A stretch of 64,000 bases of DNA from Candidatus Binataceae bacterium. GTDB taxonomy: Bacteria > Desulfobacterota > Binatia > Binatales > Binataceae. The stretch is taken from contig JBEKJC010000019.1 in NCBI GenBank assembly GCA_050011435.1, positions 6,087 to 70,086 of the forward strand, read 5' to 3'. Every line of letters starts with the position of its first letter. The first letter of the stretch is position 1. The notes below the pieces were generated by a model. That model saw only the letters and a program-made list of their open reading frames with translations, searched no databases and was not told the origin of the DNA. This document shows positions 55,481 through 64,000 of the stretch, one piece after another. The position numbers and the translations under genes are program-made.

Positions 55481-57304
55481 TCAGTAACCCGCCAGCTCTT
55501 CCTCGAGCAATTGCCGGCGGAAGAGTTCCGCGTATATGCCCCGGCGCGCCATCAATTCCTCGTGAGTGCCGCGCTCGGCGATCTCACCGTCGTCCAACAC
55601 CACGATGTGATCGGCGTCGCGCACGGTTGACGCGCGATGCGCGACGACGATCGTCGTGCGGTCCTTGACGTTTTCATCGAGGCTGCGCAGTACCGCCTTT
55701 TCGGTTTCGGTATCGACGCTGGAAAGTGCGTCGTCGAGGACGACCACCGCGGGATCGTAAACCAGCAGCCGGGCGATCGTTACGCGCTGCTTCTGACCGC
55801 CCGACAGCGACATGCCGCGTTCGCCGACCACCGTCTCGAGTCCGTGCGGCATCACGGCGATGTCGCCTTCGAGGCCCGCGGTCCGCGCCGCCGCTTCGAT
55901 CCCGGAAAGCGAAGCGTCCACGCGCCCAAACGCGATGTTGCGCGCGATCGTGTCCGAAAACAGGATCGGCTCCTGCGGCACCATGCCGACCGTCTTGCGC
56001 AATGCCTTCAGCGGCACTTCGCGAATGTCGCGGCCGTCGAGCAGGATGCGTCCGGCGGTCGGCTCCATCAGGCGCGCCAGCAGTTTCACCATGGTCGATT
56101 TGCCGGCGCCGGTGCGCCCGACAATCGCGAGCTTGCCGCCCGCCGGCACCGTCACGTCGATATCTTTGAGCGCCCACCGCTGGGCACCGTCCAGGACGCC
56201 GGGCGCGCCATTTACTCCGGGGGTTCCGTTGGCGATCGCGCTCGTGGCGTTGGCATCGTTGCCGTTCGTTCCATTCCCGTTGGCGAAGTAGCTGAACGAC
56301 ACGTGATCCCAATGCACCAAACCGGCAACCTGCAGGCGGGTCTCTTCGCCCTCGATCGAAGCCGTCGGAGTCGCCGCGAAAATCTCCTCGAGCCGCTTCA
56401 TCGACGCGCGGCCGCGCTGGTATATCGACAGCGTCCAGCCGAGCGATACCGTCGGCCACGCGAGCTGCCCGAGGAAACCCATGAAGGCCACGATGTCGCC
56501 GATCGAGATCAGCTTGGCCCGCACCAGCATCCCCCCGTATATCAATACGATCATCACCGAGGTGCCGACGACGCCCTTGATTATCGGCATCAACGCGCCG
56601 CGCACGCGCGCGAGCGCGAGTCCCTGCTCGTTATATTCTTCGTTGACCGCGCGAAATCGCTCGGCCTCGCGATTCTCCAGCGTGTAGGCCTTGACTACGT
56701 GGATGCCCGAGAGGCTTTCCTGGGCCTTGGACCCGATCGCGGCCAGACCCTCCTGCACGCCGAGACTGCGCGCCATCAAGGTGCGCGTGAGCCAGCGCAT
56801 TACAATGAAGAGGAACACGTACGGGATCATCGCGGCCGCCGACAGGCGCGGGCTGAGCGAGATCATCACCGCCAGCGAGAAGAAGAAGGTGACCGGCACG
56901 CTGGTGAAGCTCAGCACGCCCATCCCGATCATCATGCGGACCGCCCCGAGGTCGTTGATCATTCGCGACATCAGATCGCCGGTCTTGAGCCGCTGATAGA
57001 ATACCTGGTCGAGGCCGCACAGGTGAGCGAAGAGGTCGTTGCGCAGGTCGTATTCGATATCGCGTCCGCAATTGAAAATGACGAAGCGCGAGAACCAGCG
57101 CGCGACGCCCATCGCGAGCGCCGCCGCGATCATCCACTTGGTCAGGTAAACCAGGCGCGCGTACTCGCCCCGGTTGATCGCATTGATCGCCTCGCCGCTG
57201 AGGCGTGGGATTATCGTCAGCAGTATCGCCGTGGCGATCGTGCAGAGAATGCCGAAAGCGTATCGGTGCCGGTAGCGGCGGACGTAGGTATAAAGGCGTG
57301 CCAT
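55481..57304 (-). CDS. ABC exporter, fused permease/ATPase (MsbA/MdlA-like) with an Asn/Gly-rich insertion
   Basis: Walker A GRTGAGKST, signature LSGGQKQRVTIARLL, Walker B VVVLDDALSSVD. A ~35-aa insertion, ANGNGTNGNDANATSAIANGTPGVNGAPG, sits at the start of the nucleotide-binding domain. Confidence 0.9.
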   Translation of the reverse strand: MARLYTYVRRYRHRYAFGILCTIATAILLTIIPRLSGEAINAINRGEYARLVYLTKWMIAAALAMGVARWFSRFVIFNCGRDIEYDLRNDLFAHLCGLDQVFYQRLKTGDLMSRMINDLGAVRMMIGMGVLSFTSVPVTFFFSLAVMISLSPRLSAAAMIPYVFLFIVMRWLTRTLMARSLGVQEGLAAIGSKAQESLSGIHVVKAYTLENREAERFRAVNEEYNEQGLALARVRGALMPIIKGVVGTSVMIVLIYGGMLVRAKLISIGDIVAFMGFLGQLAWPTVSLGWTLSIYQRGRASMKRLEEIFAATPTASIEGEETRLQVAGLVHWDHVSFSYFANGNGTNGNDANATSAIANGTPGVNGAPGVLDGAQRWALKDIDVTVPAGGKLAIVGRTGAGKSTMVKLLARLMEPTAGRILLDGRDIREVPLKALRKTVGMVPQEPILFSDTIARNIAFGRVDASLSGIEAAARTAGLEGDIAVMPHGLETVVGERGMSLSGGQKQRVTIARLLVYDPAVVVLDDALSSVDTETEKAVLRSLDENVKDRTTIVVAHRASTVRDADHIVVLDDGEIAERGTHEELMARRGIYAELFRRQLLEEELAGY

Positions 57305-57390
57305 ATCGCCGCACCTACGTTATCAAACACGCCCTGGAAAATCGCCACCGCACGCGGGCTCGCGATGTGCGTCGCAAAAGACGCCCGCCA

Positions 57391-58152
57391 TCAGCGCGGG
57401 TGCAACGTCTTCAGGCGCCGCTCATAGGCTTTCGCGTATTTCAGGAACACGTAGAATGCCGCCGTCATCGCCGCGTAGAGTCCGCGGCCGCCGTCGAGGA
57501 AGCCGCCGCGCACGATGTAGAAATTGAAGAAGCGCCACACCGCGTGCGTGAACATTTGCACGGCGGCGAACGCCGACGGTTCCATCTCCGCCGCGCCGCG
57601 TGTACTGAAGCGGTTGATCGTGGCGACGTGGTCGGCGATGTCGCGATAGCTGAAGTGCAGAATCGGCGATGCCAGCCGCTCGACCCGTCCGTTCACGATC
57701 ACCTTGTCGTGCGGATCGACGCCGCCGAGGTGTCCGCGATCGCGCCGAAAAAGCCGCACCGGCCGATCGCGGTAAATTGGGCGCGTGTAGTAATGCCCGA
57801 GGTGGTAGAGCACGCGTTGAATCCGGTAGCCGTCGGCTGCGCCCGGCGCGCTAATCGTCCTGACGATCTCGCCGCCGAGATCGTGCGTCGCTTGCTCGTC
57901 GGCGTCGAGCAGCAGAACCCACTCGCTCGTCGCGTGATCGAGCGCGATCTGTTTCTGGCGAACGTAATCTGTGAACGGCTGATCGAAAACCTTCGCACCG
58001 AGGCCCTTGGCGATTTCGACGGTGCGGTCGGTCGAATTTGAATCGACTACGATCAGCTCGTCGCAAAACCACGCGCTGGCGAGGCATTGGCCGATCAGTT
58101 CCTGTTCGTCGCGCGTGATTACGATCAGCGAGATGGTCGGGCGCGCTCCCAT
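57391..58152 (-). CDS. Glycosyltransferase family 2 (LPS-core WaaE/KdtX-like)
   Basis: ISLIVITRDEQELIGQCLASAWFCDELIVVDSNSTDRT and LLLDADE. Confidence 0.85.
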   Translation of the reverse strand: MGARPTISLIVITRDEQELIGQCLASAWFCDELIVVDSNSTDRTVEIAKGLGAKVFDQPFTDYVRQKQIALDHATSEWVLLLDADEQATHDLGGEIVRTISAPGAADGYRIQRVLYHLGHYYTRPIYRDRPVRLFRRDRGHLGGVDPHDKVIVNGRVERLASPILHFSYRDIADHVATINRFSTRGAAEMEPSAFAAVQMFTHAVWRFFNFYIVRGGFLDGGRGLYAAMTAAFYVFLKYAKAYERRLKTLHPR

Positions 58153-58238
58153 GGCTAAGGCACCGAACCCGCAATGATAGCGATGATATGAACGTTACAG
58201 ACGATTTCGGCGTTATCGAGGATCACGCGCGCCATCGG

Positions 58239-59303
58239 TTAATGAACGTGGGTTTCGTCGCTGCGGCTCGAGAGGTGGGCGATCACGTTCGCCGCGACCG
58301 ACCGAAAGGCGTCGCTCACCGGATGCTCCGGATGCGCCGCCACCAGCGGATTTGCGCTGTCCCCGCCCTCGCGCAATTCGCGTGTGATCGGCACTTCGCC
58401 GAGGAACGGCACGCCGAGCGAGGTCGCCAGCCGCGCGCCCCCGCCGTGCGCGAAAATCTCGTGGCGGCTGCCGCACTTGCGGCACAGATGGTAGCTCATG
58501 TTCTCGATCACCCCGAGCACCGGCACCTTGACCTCGTCGAACATTGCGACGCCGCGCCTCACGTCGAGCAGCGCAATCTCCTGCGGCGTCGTCACGATCA
58601 CACCGCCGTCGAGCGCCACGCGCTGCGTGATCGTAAGCTGCGCGTCGCCGGTCCCCGGCGGCAGATCGATCACCAGGCAATCGAGATCGCCCCATTCGAC
58701 GTTGAACAGGAACTCGCTTTCGAGCTTCGTCACCATCGGGCCGCGCCAGATGACCGGGGTCTCGTCGTTGATGAACAGCGCCATTGAAACGTAGCGGATG
58801 CCGTAGCGCTCCAGCGGCACGATCCGGCGATCCTTCGTCACCGCGACCTGCCCCTGCGCGCCGACCATCATCGCGACGCTCGGCCCATACACGTCCGCGT
58901 CCATCAGCCCGATCCGCCAGCCCAGCTTGCTCATCGCGAGCGCCAGATTCACCGCGACCGTCGATTTGCCGACGCCGCCCTTGCCGCTCGCGACGGCGAC
59001 GATATGCCGCACGCCGGGAATCGAACGCTTCTGCCCTGCGCCCGCCACCTGCTTGGGCGCAGGCGCTTGCTCGATTTCGATCTTGACCGCGACCTTACCC
59101 GCTATCGCGACGACCGCCTTTTCAATTTCCGCCGTGATCGCCTCGACCACCTCGGGTTTCGCCGACGGCGCCGTCAGGATCACCGTGATGCCCGCCTGTG
59201 CCACCTCGATATCCTTGATCATGCCGAAGGAGACGATATCGCGGCTGAAGCCCGGGTATTTGATCTTCTTGAGTTCGGTAAGAATTTCCTGCGGAGTTGG
59301 CAT
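58239..59303 (-). CDS. apbC: Mrp/NBP35/ApbC-family Fe-S cluster carrier ATPase
   Basis: N-terminal DUF59-like segment (IKYPGFSRDIVSFGMIKDI), deviant Walker A VASGKGGVGKSTVAVNLA, and CxxC (HLCRKCG). Confidence 0.9.
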   Translation of the reverse strand: MPTPQEILTELKKIKYPGFSRDIVSFGMIKDIEVAQAGITVILTAPSAKPEVVEAITAEIEKAVVAIAGKVAVKIEIEQAPAPKQVAGAGQKRSIPGVRHIVAVASGKGGVGKSTVAVNLALAMSKLGWRIGLMDADVYGPSVAMMVGAQGQVAVTKDRRIVPLERYGIRYVSMALFINDETPVIWRGPMVTKLESEFLFNVEWGDLDCLVIDLPPGTGDAQLTITQRVALDGGVIVTTPQEIALLDVRRGVAMFDEVKVPVLGVIENMSYHLCRKCGSRHEIFAHGGGARLATSLGVPFLGEVPITRELREGGDSANPLVAAHPEHPVSDAFRSVAANVIAHLSSRSDETHVH

Positions 59304-59529
59304 TCGCCTCTTTCATTCGCTACGCATCAATCGCGTCGCCGATTCCATTCTTGCATTCCATTTCCGTTCGTTGTGGCGCGCGCTTCACGCTCATCCGGGT
59401 CGCGCCATTATTTTGCGGGCGCCAGCCTTTTGCGGACGCAATCAATTCACGAGATGGTATCATTCCGCCGTGACCGGCAAAACGACATCCTCACCGGCCT
59501 TCACGCGCCGCGCCTTCGTCTCCGACATC

Positions 59530-60948
59530 ATGACGTGGCAATACGAAAAGCCCGACCGCTTCGCGCTCCATCTCGCGCACGACCGCGAGTTCATCCCGTG
59601 GATGGCCGCGCGCGGCATCAACGCGTTTTCCTACATCCGCCACGAACGCGACAGCCGTCTCAAGATCGATGAGTTGCTCCCGCTGCTGAATGAGCATGGC
59701 ATCGCCTCCGAATACGGCGGCCACGTGCTGCCGCTGCTGCTGCCGCGCGATCGCTTCGCCGCGAATCCGGAGTTCTTTCCGGTGGGCGCCGCCGGCCAGC
59801 GCAATCCGCGCGGCAATCTCTGCGTCGCGAACGACGCCGCCATCGCGCTCGTGCGCGATGGTGCGCTCCGCTACATGCGCGAGAATCCCGAATGCTCATT
59901 GCTGCACGTCTGGGGTGCCGACGTGCGGGACGGAGCGTGGTGCCGCTGCGGCGATTGTGCGCCGCTCTCGCCGCAACGCCAGTACATGGCGGTCGTCAAC
60001 GCGATCGCGGCGGCCTTGGCCGAAGGGTCCGCTGCGGCGACGCCGGTCGTCTATCTCGCTTATCACGATACGCTTGACCCGGTCCCCGAACTCGATCCGC
60101 GGCCCACCGTCTCCTTCGAATGGGCCCCGCGCGAGCGCTGCTACAGCCATGCCATCGACGACCCGGCCTGCACCGTCAATCCGCGCTACTTCGATTCGCT
60201 CAAACGCTACATCGATCTGTTCGACGGCCGCGGCCACGTCTTCGAGTATTACGCCGACGCGATCCTCTTCGGCGGCCTCGGCTTCGCGACGCCCGCGATT
60301 ATCGCGCGCGATCTGCGCGCCTACCGCGCGCTCGGCATCACCAGCGTTTCGTGCCTGACCTTCGGCGCGTTCAGCGTGCTCGCTTACCCGGTGAATCTCG
60401 AAGCCTTTGCGCGCGCCACCCAATCGCCCGATTTCGATCCCGACGCGACGCTCGCCGACGTTGCCGCGCAGCGTCATCCGCGATGCGCGCCGGCGATGAC
60501 CGCTGCGTACCGCGCCATCGCGCGCGCCTCTTCGCTCATCCTCGAAGGCGGTGGCGAAGTGATGCGCCCGTCCTTGAATTCGCCCGCGCCCTCCGCGCGC
60601 ATCCGCGAACTTCGCGCGGCGCGCGATATTCTGGACGACGCCCGCGCCGCCGCCGATATGGTGCTCGACGATGCGCGCGACGATCTGACGCCGGCCGAAC
60701 GCGCCATTTGGCAATATGGCCGGGAAGTTGTACAGGGAATTGCCGATTATATCGAGGCCGCGGGACTTGCCGGCGATGAACGCCGCCGGGCCGGCGAAGC
60801 CGCTGTCGGCCGCATCGGCGACGCGATTACCCATGTGCGCGGAATCGACCTTGCGCTCAAAGGCACGTGGGGCGCTTACGATCTCGAGTCGGTGCGCGAC
60901 ATCTGGCTGAGCGCCTTGCGCCGCCGCTTCGGCGATCTACAGAGGTGA
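59530..60948 (+). CDS. Hypothetical protein with a WCRCGDC motif; possibly a glycosidase-like TIM-barrel (DUF4838-like, unverified)
   Basis: The track ORF 58927-60948 is trimmed because its first ~600 nt are antisense to apbC. Start candidates are GTG 59470 and ATG 59530. The family assignment comes only from a vague recollection. Confidence 0.5.
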   Translation: MTWQYEKPDRFALHLAHDREFIPWMAARGINAFSYIRHERDSRLKIDELLPLLNEHGIASEYGGHVLPLLLPRDRFAANPEFFPVGAAGQRNPRGNLCVANDAAIALVRDGALRYMRENPECSLLHVWGADVRDGAWCRCGDCAPLSPQRQYMAVVNAIAAALAEGSAAATPVVYLAYHDTLDPVPELDPRPTVSFEWAPRERCYSHAIDDPACTVNPRYFDSLKRYIDLFDGRGHVFEYYADAILFGGLGFATPAIIARDLRAYRALGITSVSCLTFGAFSVLAYPVNLEAFARATQSPDFDPDATLADVAAQRHPRCAPAMTAAYRAIARASSLILEGGGEVMRPSLNSPAPSARIRELRAARDILDDARAAADMVLDDARDDLTPAERAIWQYGREVVQGIADYIEAAGLAGDERRRAGEAAVGRIGDAITHVRGIDLALKGTWGAYDLESVRDIWLSALRRRFGDLQR

Positions 60949-61040
60949 CCGCGCCGCCGGTGAGCCTTCCCTCAAACACCCCTTCCTTTTCCGGGAAAGG
61001 GCCGGGCGTTAGGTCTCTGCGCCGCGCAACGAGGATGCGA

Positions 61041-62204
61041 ATGGAAAACGCTGACGGTTATCAACTCTCACCCGAATTAATCGCACTGCGCGACAACGTC
61101 CGGCGCATCATTAAGGATGAGGTCATCCCGGCCGAGGCGCGCGTCGATCCCGATGCGGCCGAAATCGAGGATGACGACTACTGGCGCATCGCGCGCAAGG
61201 TCCAGGCTGCCGGCATGTGGTGCATGGGCTCGCCCACGCAATACGGCGGCGGCGGCCTCAGCCTCTTCGAGATGTGCGTGCTGATGGAGGAGATGTGCCA
61301 GCATCGCGGCGGTCTCTACAATCCCGGCGCGGGCGTGTTCGGACGCACGCCGCCGCCGGTCATCTGGGGCGGCACCGAGGAGCAGATTCAAAAATACGCG
61401 GTGCAGACGCTCAAAAACGCCACCTACACTTTCTTCGCGATCACTGAACCTTCCGGCGGCTCCGATCCCGCCGGTGCCATCCAGTGCCGCGCCGTTCGCG
61501 ATGGTGACCATTACGTCCTCAACGGCCAAAAGATCTTCATCTCGCATGCTCACGAAGCCGAATGGGGCGTGGTCTTCACGCGCACCGATCCGGGCGCCGG
61601 ACGCGCCGGCATCACCACCTTCATCGTCGAGAAAGGCACGCCCGGCTTCAGCGCGAAACCCTTCAAGACCTTGCGCACTGCCGCCCTGCCCAACGTCGTT
61701 CATTTCGACGACTGCCGCATCCCGGTCGCACAGCGCCTGGGCCCCGAGGGCGGCGGCCTCAACCTCTGCATGGATCTGTTGACGGGCCTGCGCTTCCCCT
61801 ATTCCGCGTGCAACGTCGGCGTCGCGGTCGCGGCGCTGCGGATGGCGATCGATTATTCCAAGCAGCGCAAGACCTTCGGCGAAATGCTCTCGCGCCGGCA
61901 GGCTATCCAATGGATGCTCGCCGATTCCGAGGTCGAGATTCGCGCCGCCCGCTGGCTCACCTGGGACGGCGCCTGGAAGTCGGGCCGCAAGGAGGACGCG
62001 CGCATGGAGGCCTCCGTCGCCAAGCTCTATTCGAGCGAAGTCCTTGGCCGCGTGATCGATCGCGCCGTCCAGATTCACGGCGGCTACGGCGTCAGCAAGG
62101 AGTTCCCGCTCGAACGATGGTATCGCGAGGCGCGTATCCGGCGCATCGGTGAGGGCCCCTCCGAGGTCCATCGCATGGTCATCGCGCGCAATCTGCTGCG
62201 ATGA
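61041..62204 (+). CDS. Acyl-CoA dehydrogenase
   Basis: FAITEPSGGSDPAG, KIFISHA and QIHGGYGVSKEFPLERWYREARIRRIGEGPSEV. The ATG at 61041 is preceded by GAGGA. Confidence 0.9.
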   Translation: MENADGYQLSPELIALRDNVRRIIKDEVIPAEARVDPDAAEIEDDDYWRIARKVQAAGMWCMGSPTQYGGGGLSLFEMCVLMEEMCQHRGGLYNPGAGVFGRTPPPVIWGGTEEQIQKYAVQTLKNATYTFFAITEPSGGSDPAGAIQCRAVRDGDHYVLNGQKIFISHAHEAEWGVVFTRTDPGAGRAGITTFIVEKGTPGFSAKPFKTLRTAALPNVVHFDDCRIPVAQRLGPEGGGLNLCMDLLTGLRFPYSACNVGVAVAALRMAIDYSKQRKTFGEMLSRRQAIQWMLADSEVEIRAARWLTWDGAWKSGRKEDARMEASVAKLYSSEVLGRVIDRAVQIHGGYGVSKEFPLERWYREARIRRIGEGPSEVHRMVIARNLLR

Positions 62205-62257
62205 GGTTTCCGCGCCGACTTCATGCACCCGCATTTCAAGAGTGAGATTATCTGCCG

Positions 62258-63445
62258 ATGAGTCTGCCCCTTGATGGAATTCGCGTTATCGACCTCGGCC
62301 AGATCTTCGCCGTGCCTTACTGCACGCTGCAACTCGCCTATCTCGGCGCCGAGGTCATCAAAATCGAACCGCCCGGCGAGGGCGAGCATCTGCGCCGCCC
62401 CAATTCGTCGCCCGGCGGCGTCAACTACTCCTTTCTGATGTTAAATCCAAATAAAAAGTCGGTGACGCTCAATTTGAAGCATGCCGCCGGCCGCGACCTT
62501 TTCTTGCAGCTGCTCGACACCGCCGACATCCTGACCGAGAACTACTCCACCGGCGCGATGGAGGCGCTCGGCCTCGGCTACGGGACCTTACGCCAGCGTT
62601 TTCCGCGACTGATTTACGCTTCGGGCAAGGGCTACGGCTCCGATGGACCATGGGCACGGCTCGGTGCGATGGACAGTACACTCCAGGCCGCATGCGGCCT
62701 CATGAGCGTCAGTGGTTGGCCCGACCGGCCCGGCACGCGCACGCCGGCCACCTTCATCGACATGGCCACCGGCAGCCATCTCGTCAGCGCGATTCTCGCG
62801 GCACTCATCCAGCGCGGGCGCACCGGCCGCGGCCAGCTCGTCGAAGTCTCGATGCTCGACGTCTGCCTGCCCTCGATGACCGGCCTGATTGCCAACGAGC
62901 TCGAAGGCGTGCCCACCGGCCGCCTCGGCAATCGCCATCGCAACGCCTGCCCCTCCAACATCTATCCGTGCCTCGATGGCGACATCATGATCTTCTGCCT
63001 CACCGAGTCGCACTGGCGCTCGCTCGCAAAGTTGATGCTCCGCGACGATTTGCTCGAATCGCCGCGCTACAAAAGTCACGCGAGCCGCTATGCCATCGTC
63101 GGCGAGGTCGATGGCTTCGTCGCCGAATGGACGCGCCATCAGCGCCCCGACGAACTGGTCGCAACGTTCATCGATCACCGCATCCCCTGCGCCCCCGTGC
63201 GTTCGGTGGCCGAGGTCATCGCCGACCCCCAAAATGCGCGGCGCCGGATGTTACTCGATAGCCAATCGCCGGCGCGCGGCAAGATCAAGGTGATGGGCAC
63301 GCCGCTCAAATTCTCCGATACCGACGACGGCGAGCGTCCCCTCGCGCCGCCGCCCGCGCTGGGTGAGCATACCGCCCAAGTGCTCGCGACCGTCGGCGTC
63401 GATGCGGCCGAACTCGCGCGGCTCCGTGAGCGCGGAATCGTCTGA
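62258..63445 (+). CDS. Family III CoA-transferase (CaiB/BaiF/AMACR-like)
   Basis: PLDGIRVIDLGQIFAVPYCTLQLAYLGAEVIKIEPPGEGE is the family N-terminus. The catalytic-Asp region is ATFIDMATG. Confidence 0.9.
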   Translation: MSLPLDGIRVIDLGQIFAVPYCTLQLAYLGAEVIKIEPPGEGEHLRRPNSSPGGVNYSFLMLNPNKKSVTLNLKHAAGRDLFLQLLDTADILTENYSTGAMEALGLGYGTLRQRFPRLIYASGKGYGSDGPWARLGAMDSTLQAACGLMSVSGWPDRPGTRTPATFIDMATGSHLVSAILAALIQRGRTGRGQLVEVSMLDVCLPSMTGLIANELEGVPTGRLGNRHRNACPSNIYPCLDGDIMIFCLTESHWRSLAKLMLRDDLLESPRYKSHASRYAIVGEVDGFVAEWTRHQRPDELVATFIDHRIPCAPVRSVAEVIADPQNARRRMLLDSQSPARGKIKVMGTPLKFSDTDDGERPLAPPPALGEHTAQVLATVGVDAAELARLRERGIV

Positions 63446-63762
63446 CCGCGCAGTCCGTCGAACGCGCGCGCCAGCCGCCGATCTTTGCGCGCCCGTTGCG
63501 AATCCGCCCGTTGAATTTTCGCCGCTGAAATTCCGGATGCACGAAAAGTAGAGATATTGTTCTTTCGGGCACAATAACTACCTCTCCCATCCGCGCAGTC
63601 GGTCAGCACCGGGCGACGTCCGCTATAACCTGTTGCTTAGGCGATCGATCGTCGCGGGCGAGGACTCGCCATTGTGGCGCAAAATCCTGCCCGCGCTCCT
63701 TCAGCCGCGATCGCTGGGGGTTAATCTTCTCGATCGGACTTGTCTGACCGGAGCATTGAGAT

Positions 63763-63999
63763 ATGCGCGTGCAAAGACGGGTGCGGGACGCGGTGCCGCG
63801 AGAGTTCGTGGAAATCGGACCCGAGATCGCCGAGCGGATGCCGTTGGCCGAGGAACCCTCTGCCGCCACCGTCGCTACCTATGTTCTCACGCGCGGCTCC
63901 AGCCGTGCCTGGGAGGCGATCAACGCTCATCTGGCCGGCGGGCGCGGCGCGCTCTTCTGGATTGCGGGACCGGCCGGCGCCGGTAAGACCCATTTTCTG
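63763..63999 (+). CDS. N-terminal fragment (79 codons, runs off the window) of a P-loop NTPase
   Basis: It is not in the ORF track because it has no stop. I translated it by hand: MRVQRRVRDAVPREFVEIGPEIAERMPLAEEPSAATVATYVLTRGSSRAWEAINAHLAGGRGALFWIAGPAGAGKTHFL. The Walker A motif is GPAGAGKT. An in-frame TGA lies 2 codons upstream of the ATG, and GGAG lies about 9 nt upstream. Confidence 0.5.
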   Translation, partial: MRVQRRVRDAVPREFVEIGPEIAERMPLAEEPSAATVATYVLTRGSSRAWEAINAHLAGGRGALFWIAGPAGAGKTHFL

Positions 64000-64000
64000 A

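Noticed and set aside
1-64000. Mobile elements (IS, integrase, prophage) that might explain the low-GC blocks.
   Set aside because: No transposase, recombinase or phage-like ORF, and no long terminal inverted repeats, were recognisable. The low-GC blocks contain only glycan-synthesis genes or the single nuclease-like orphan.

Overview
All calls below are made by eye from the ORF track and remembered family motifs. No search was run, and start codons are often uncertain.

This is a high-GC bacterial chromosomal segment: most hand-counted 60-nt lines are about 65-75% GC. The gene content (Wza outer-membrane exporter, Arn genes, MsbA-like exporters) suggests a diderm organism. I recognised no rRNA, tRNA, CRISPR array, transposase or integrase.

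**Glycan locus, 829-29943.** This is one very large surface-glycan locus. It contains:
- a Wza-type exporter and a Wzc-type BY-kinase;
- two Wzy/O-antigen-ligase-family membrane proteins, one fused to TPR repeats;
- a Wzm/Wzt ABC exporter whose ATPase has a C-terminal extension;
- 12 soluble glycosyltransferases (10 GT-B/GT4-like, 2 tandem GT2);
- an FkbM-type methyltransferase;
- a 555-aa polytopic GT-C-like orphan;
- a membrane-anchored SGNH hydrolase.

No Wzx flippase, initiating phosphoglycosyltransferase or nucleotide-sugar gene is visible. Several sub-blocks have clearly lower GC.

**Middle of the window.**
- An LLM-type flavin oxidoreductase, two small unknown proteins and a RodZ-like HTH protein.
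- A truncated Ara4N-type cluster: arnC, a split arnA (separate formyltransferase and decarboxylase genes) and arnD, with no arnB, arnT or arnEF.
- A beta-lactamase-fold hydrolase, then purA, serA and a class-V aminotransferase.
- A GalT-like HIT protein and two tandem crotonases.
- A low-GC orphan ORF with a PD-(D/E)xK-like motif, then leuS.

**Right part of the window.**
- A run of minus-strand genes: BKACE, O-methyltransferase, Mut7-C, alpha/beta hydrolase and aminopeptidase.
- A heterodimeric ABC exporter pair, a GT2 and Mrp/ApbC.
- A Cys-motif hypothetical protein, an acyl-CoA dehydrogenase and a family III CoA-transferase.
- At the very edge, the first 79 codons of a P-loop ATPase.

**Most interesting leads.**
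- The hybrid Wzy-type plus ABC-type glycan locus and its GT-C-like orphan.
- The split and incomplete arn cluster, together with a 24-bp perfect palindrome upstream of it.
- The low-GC nuclease-like orphan.
- The edge ATPase.
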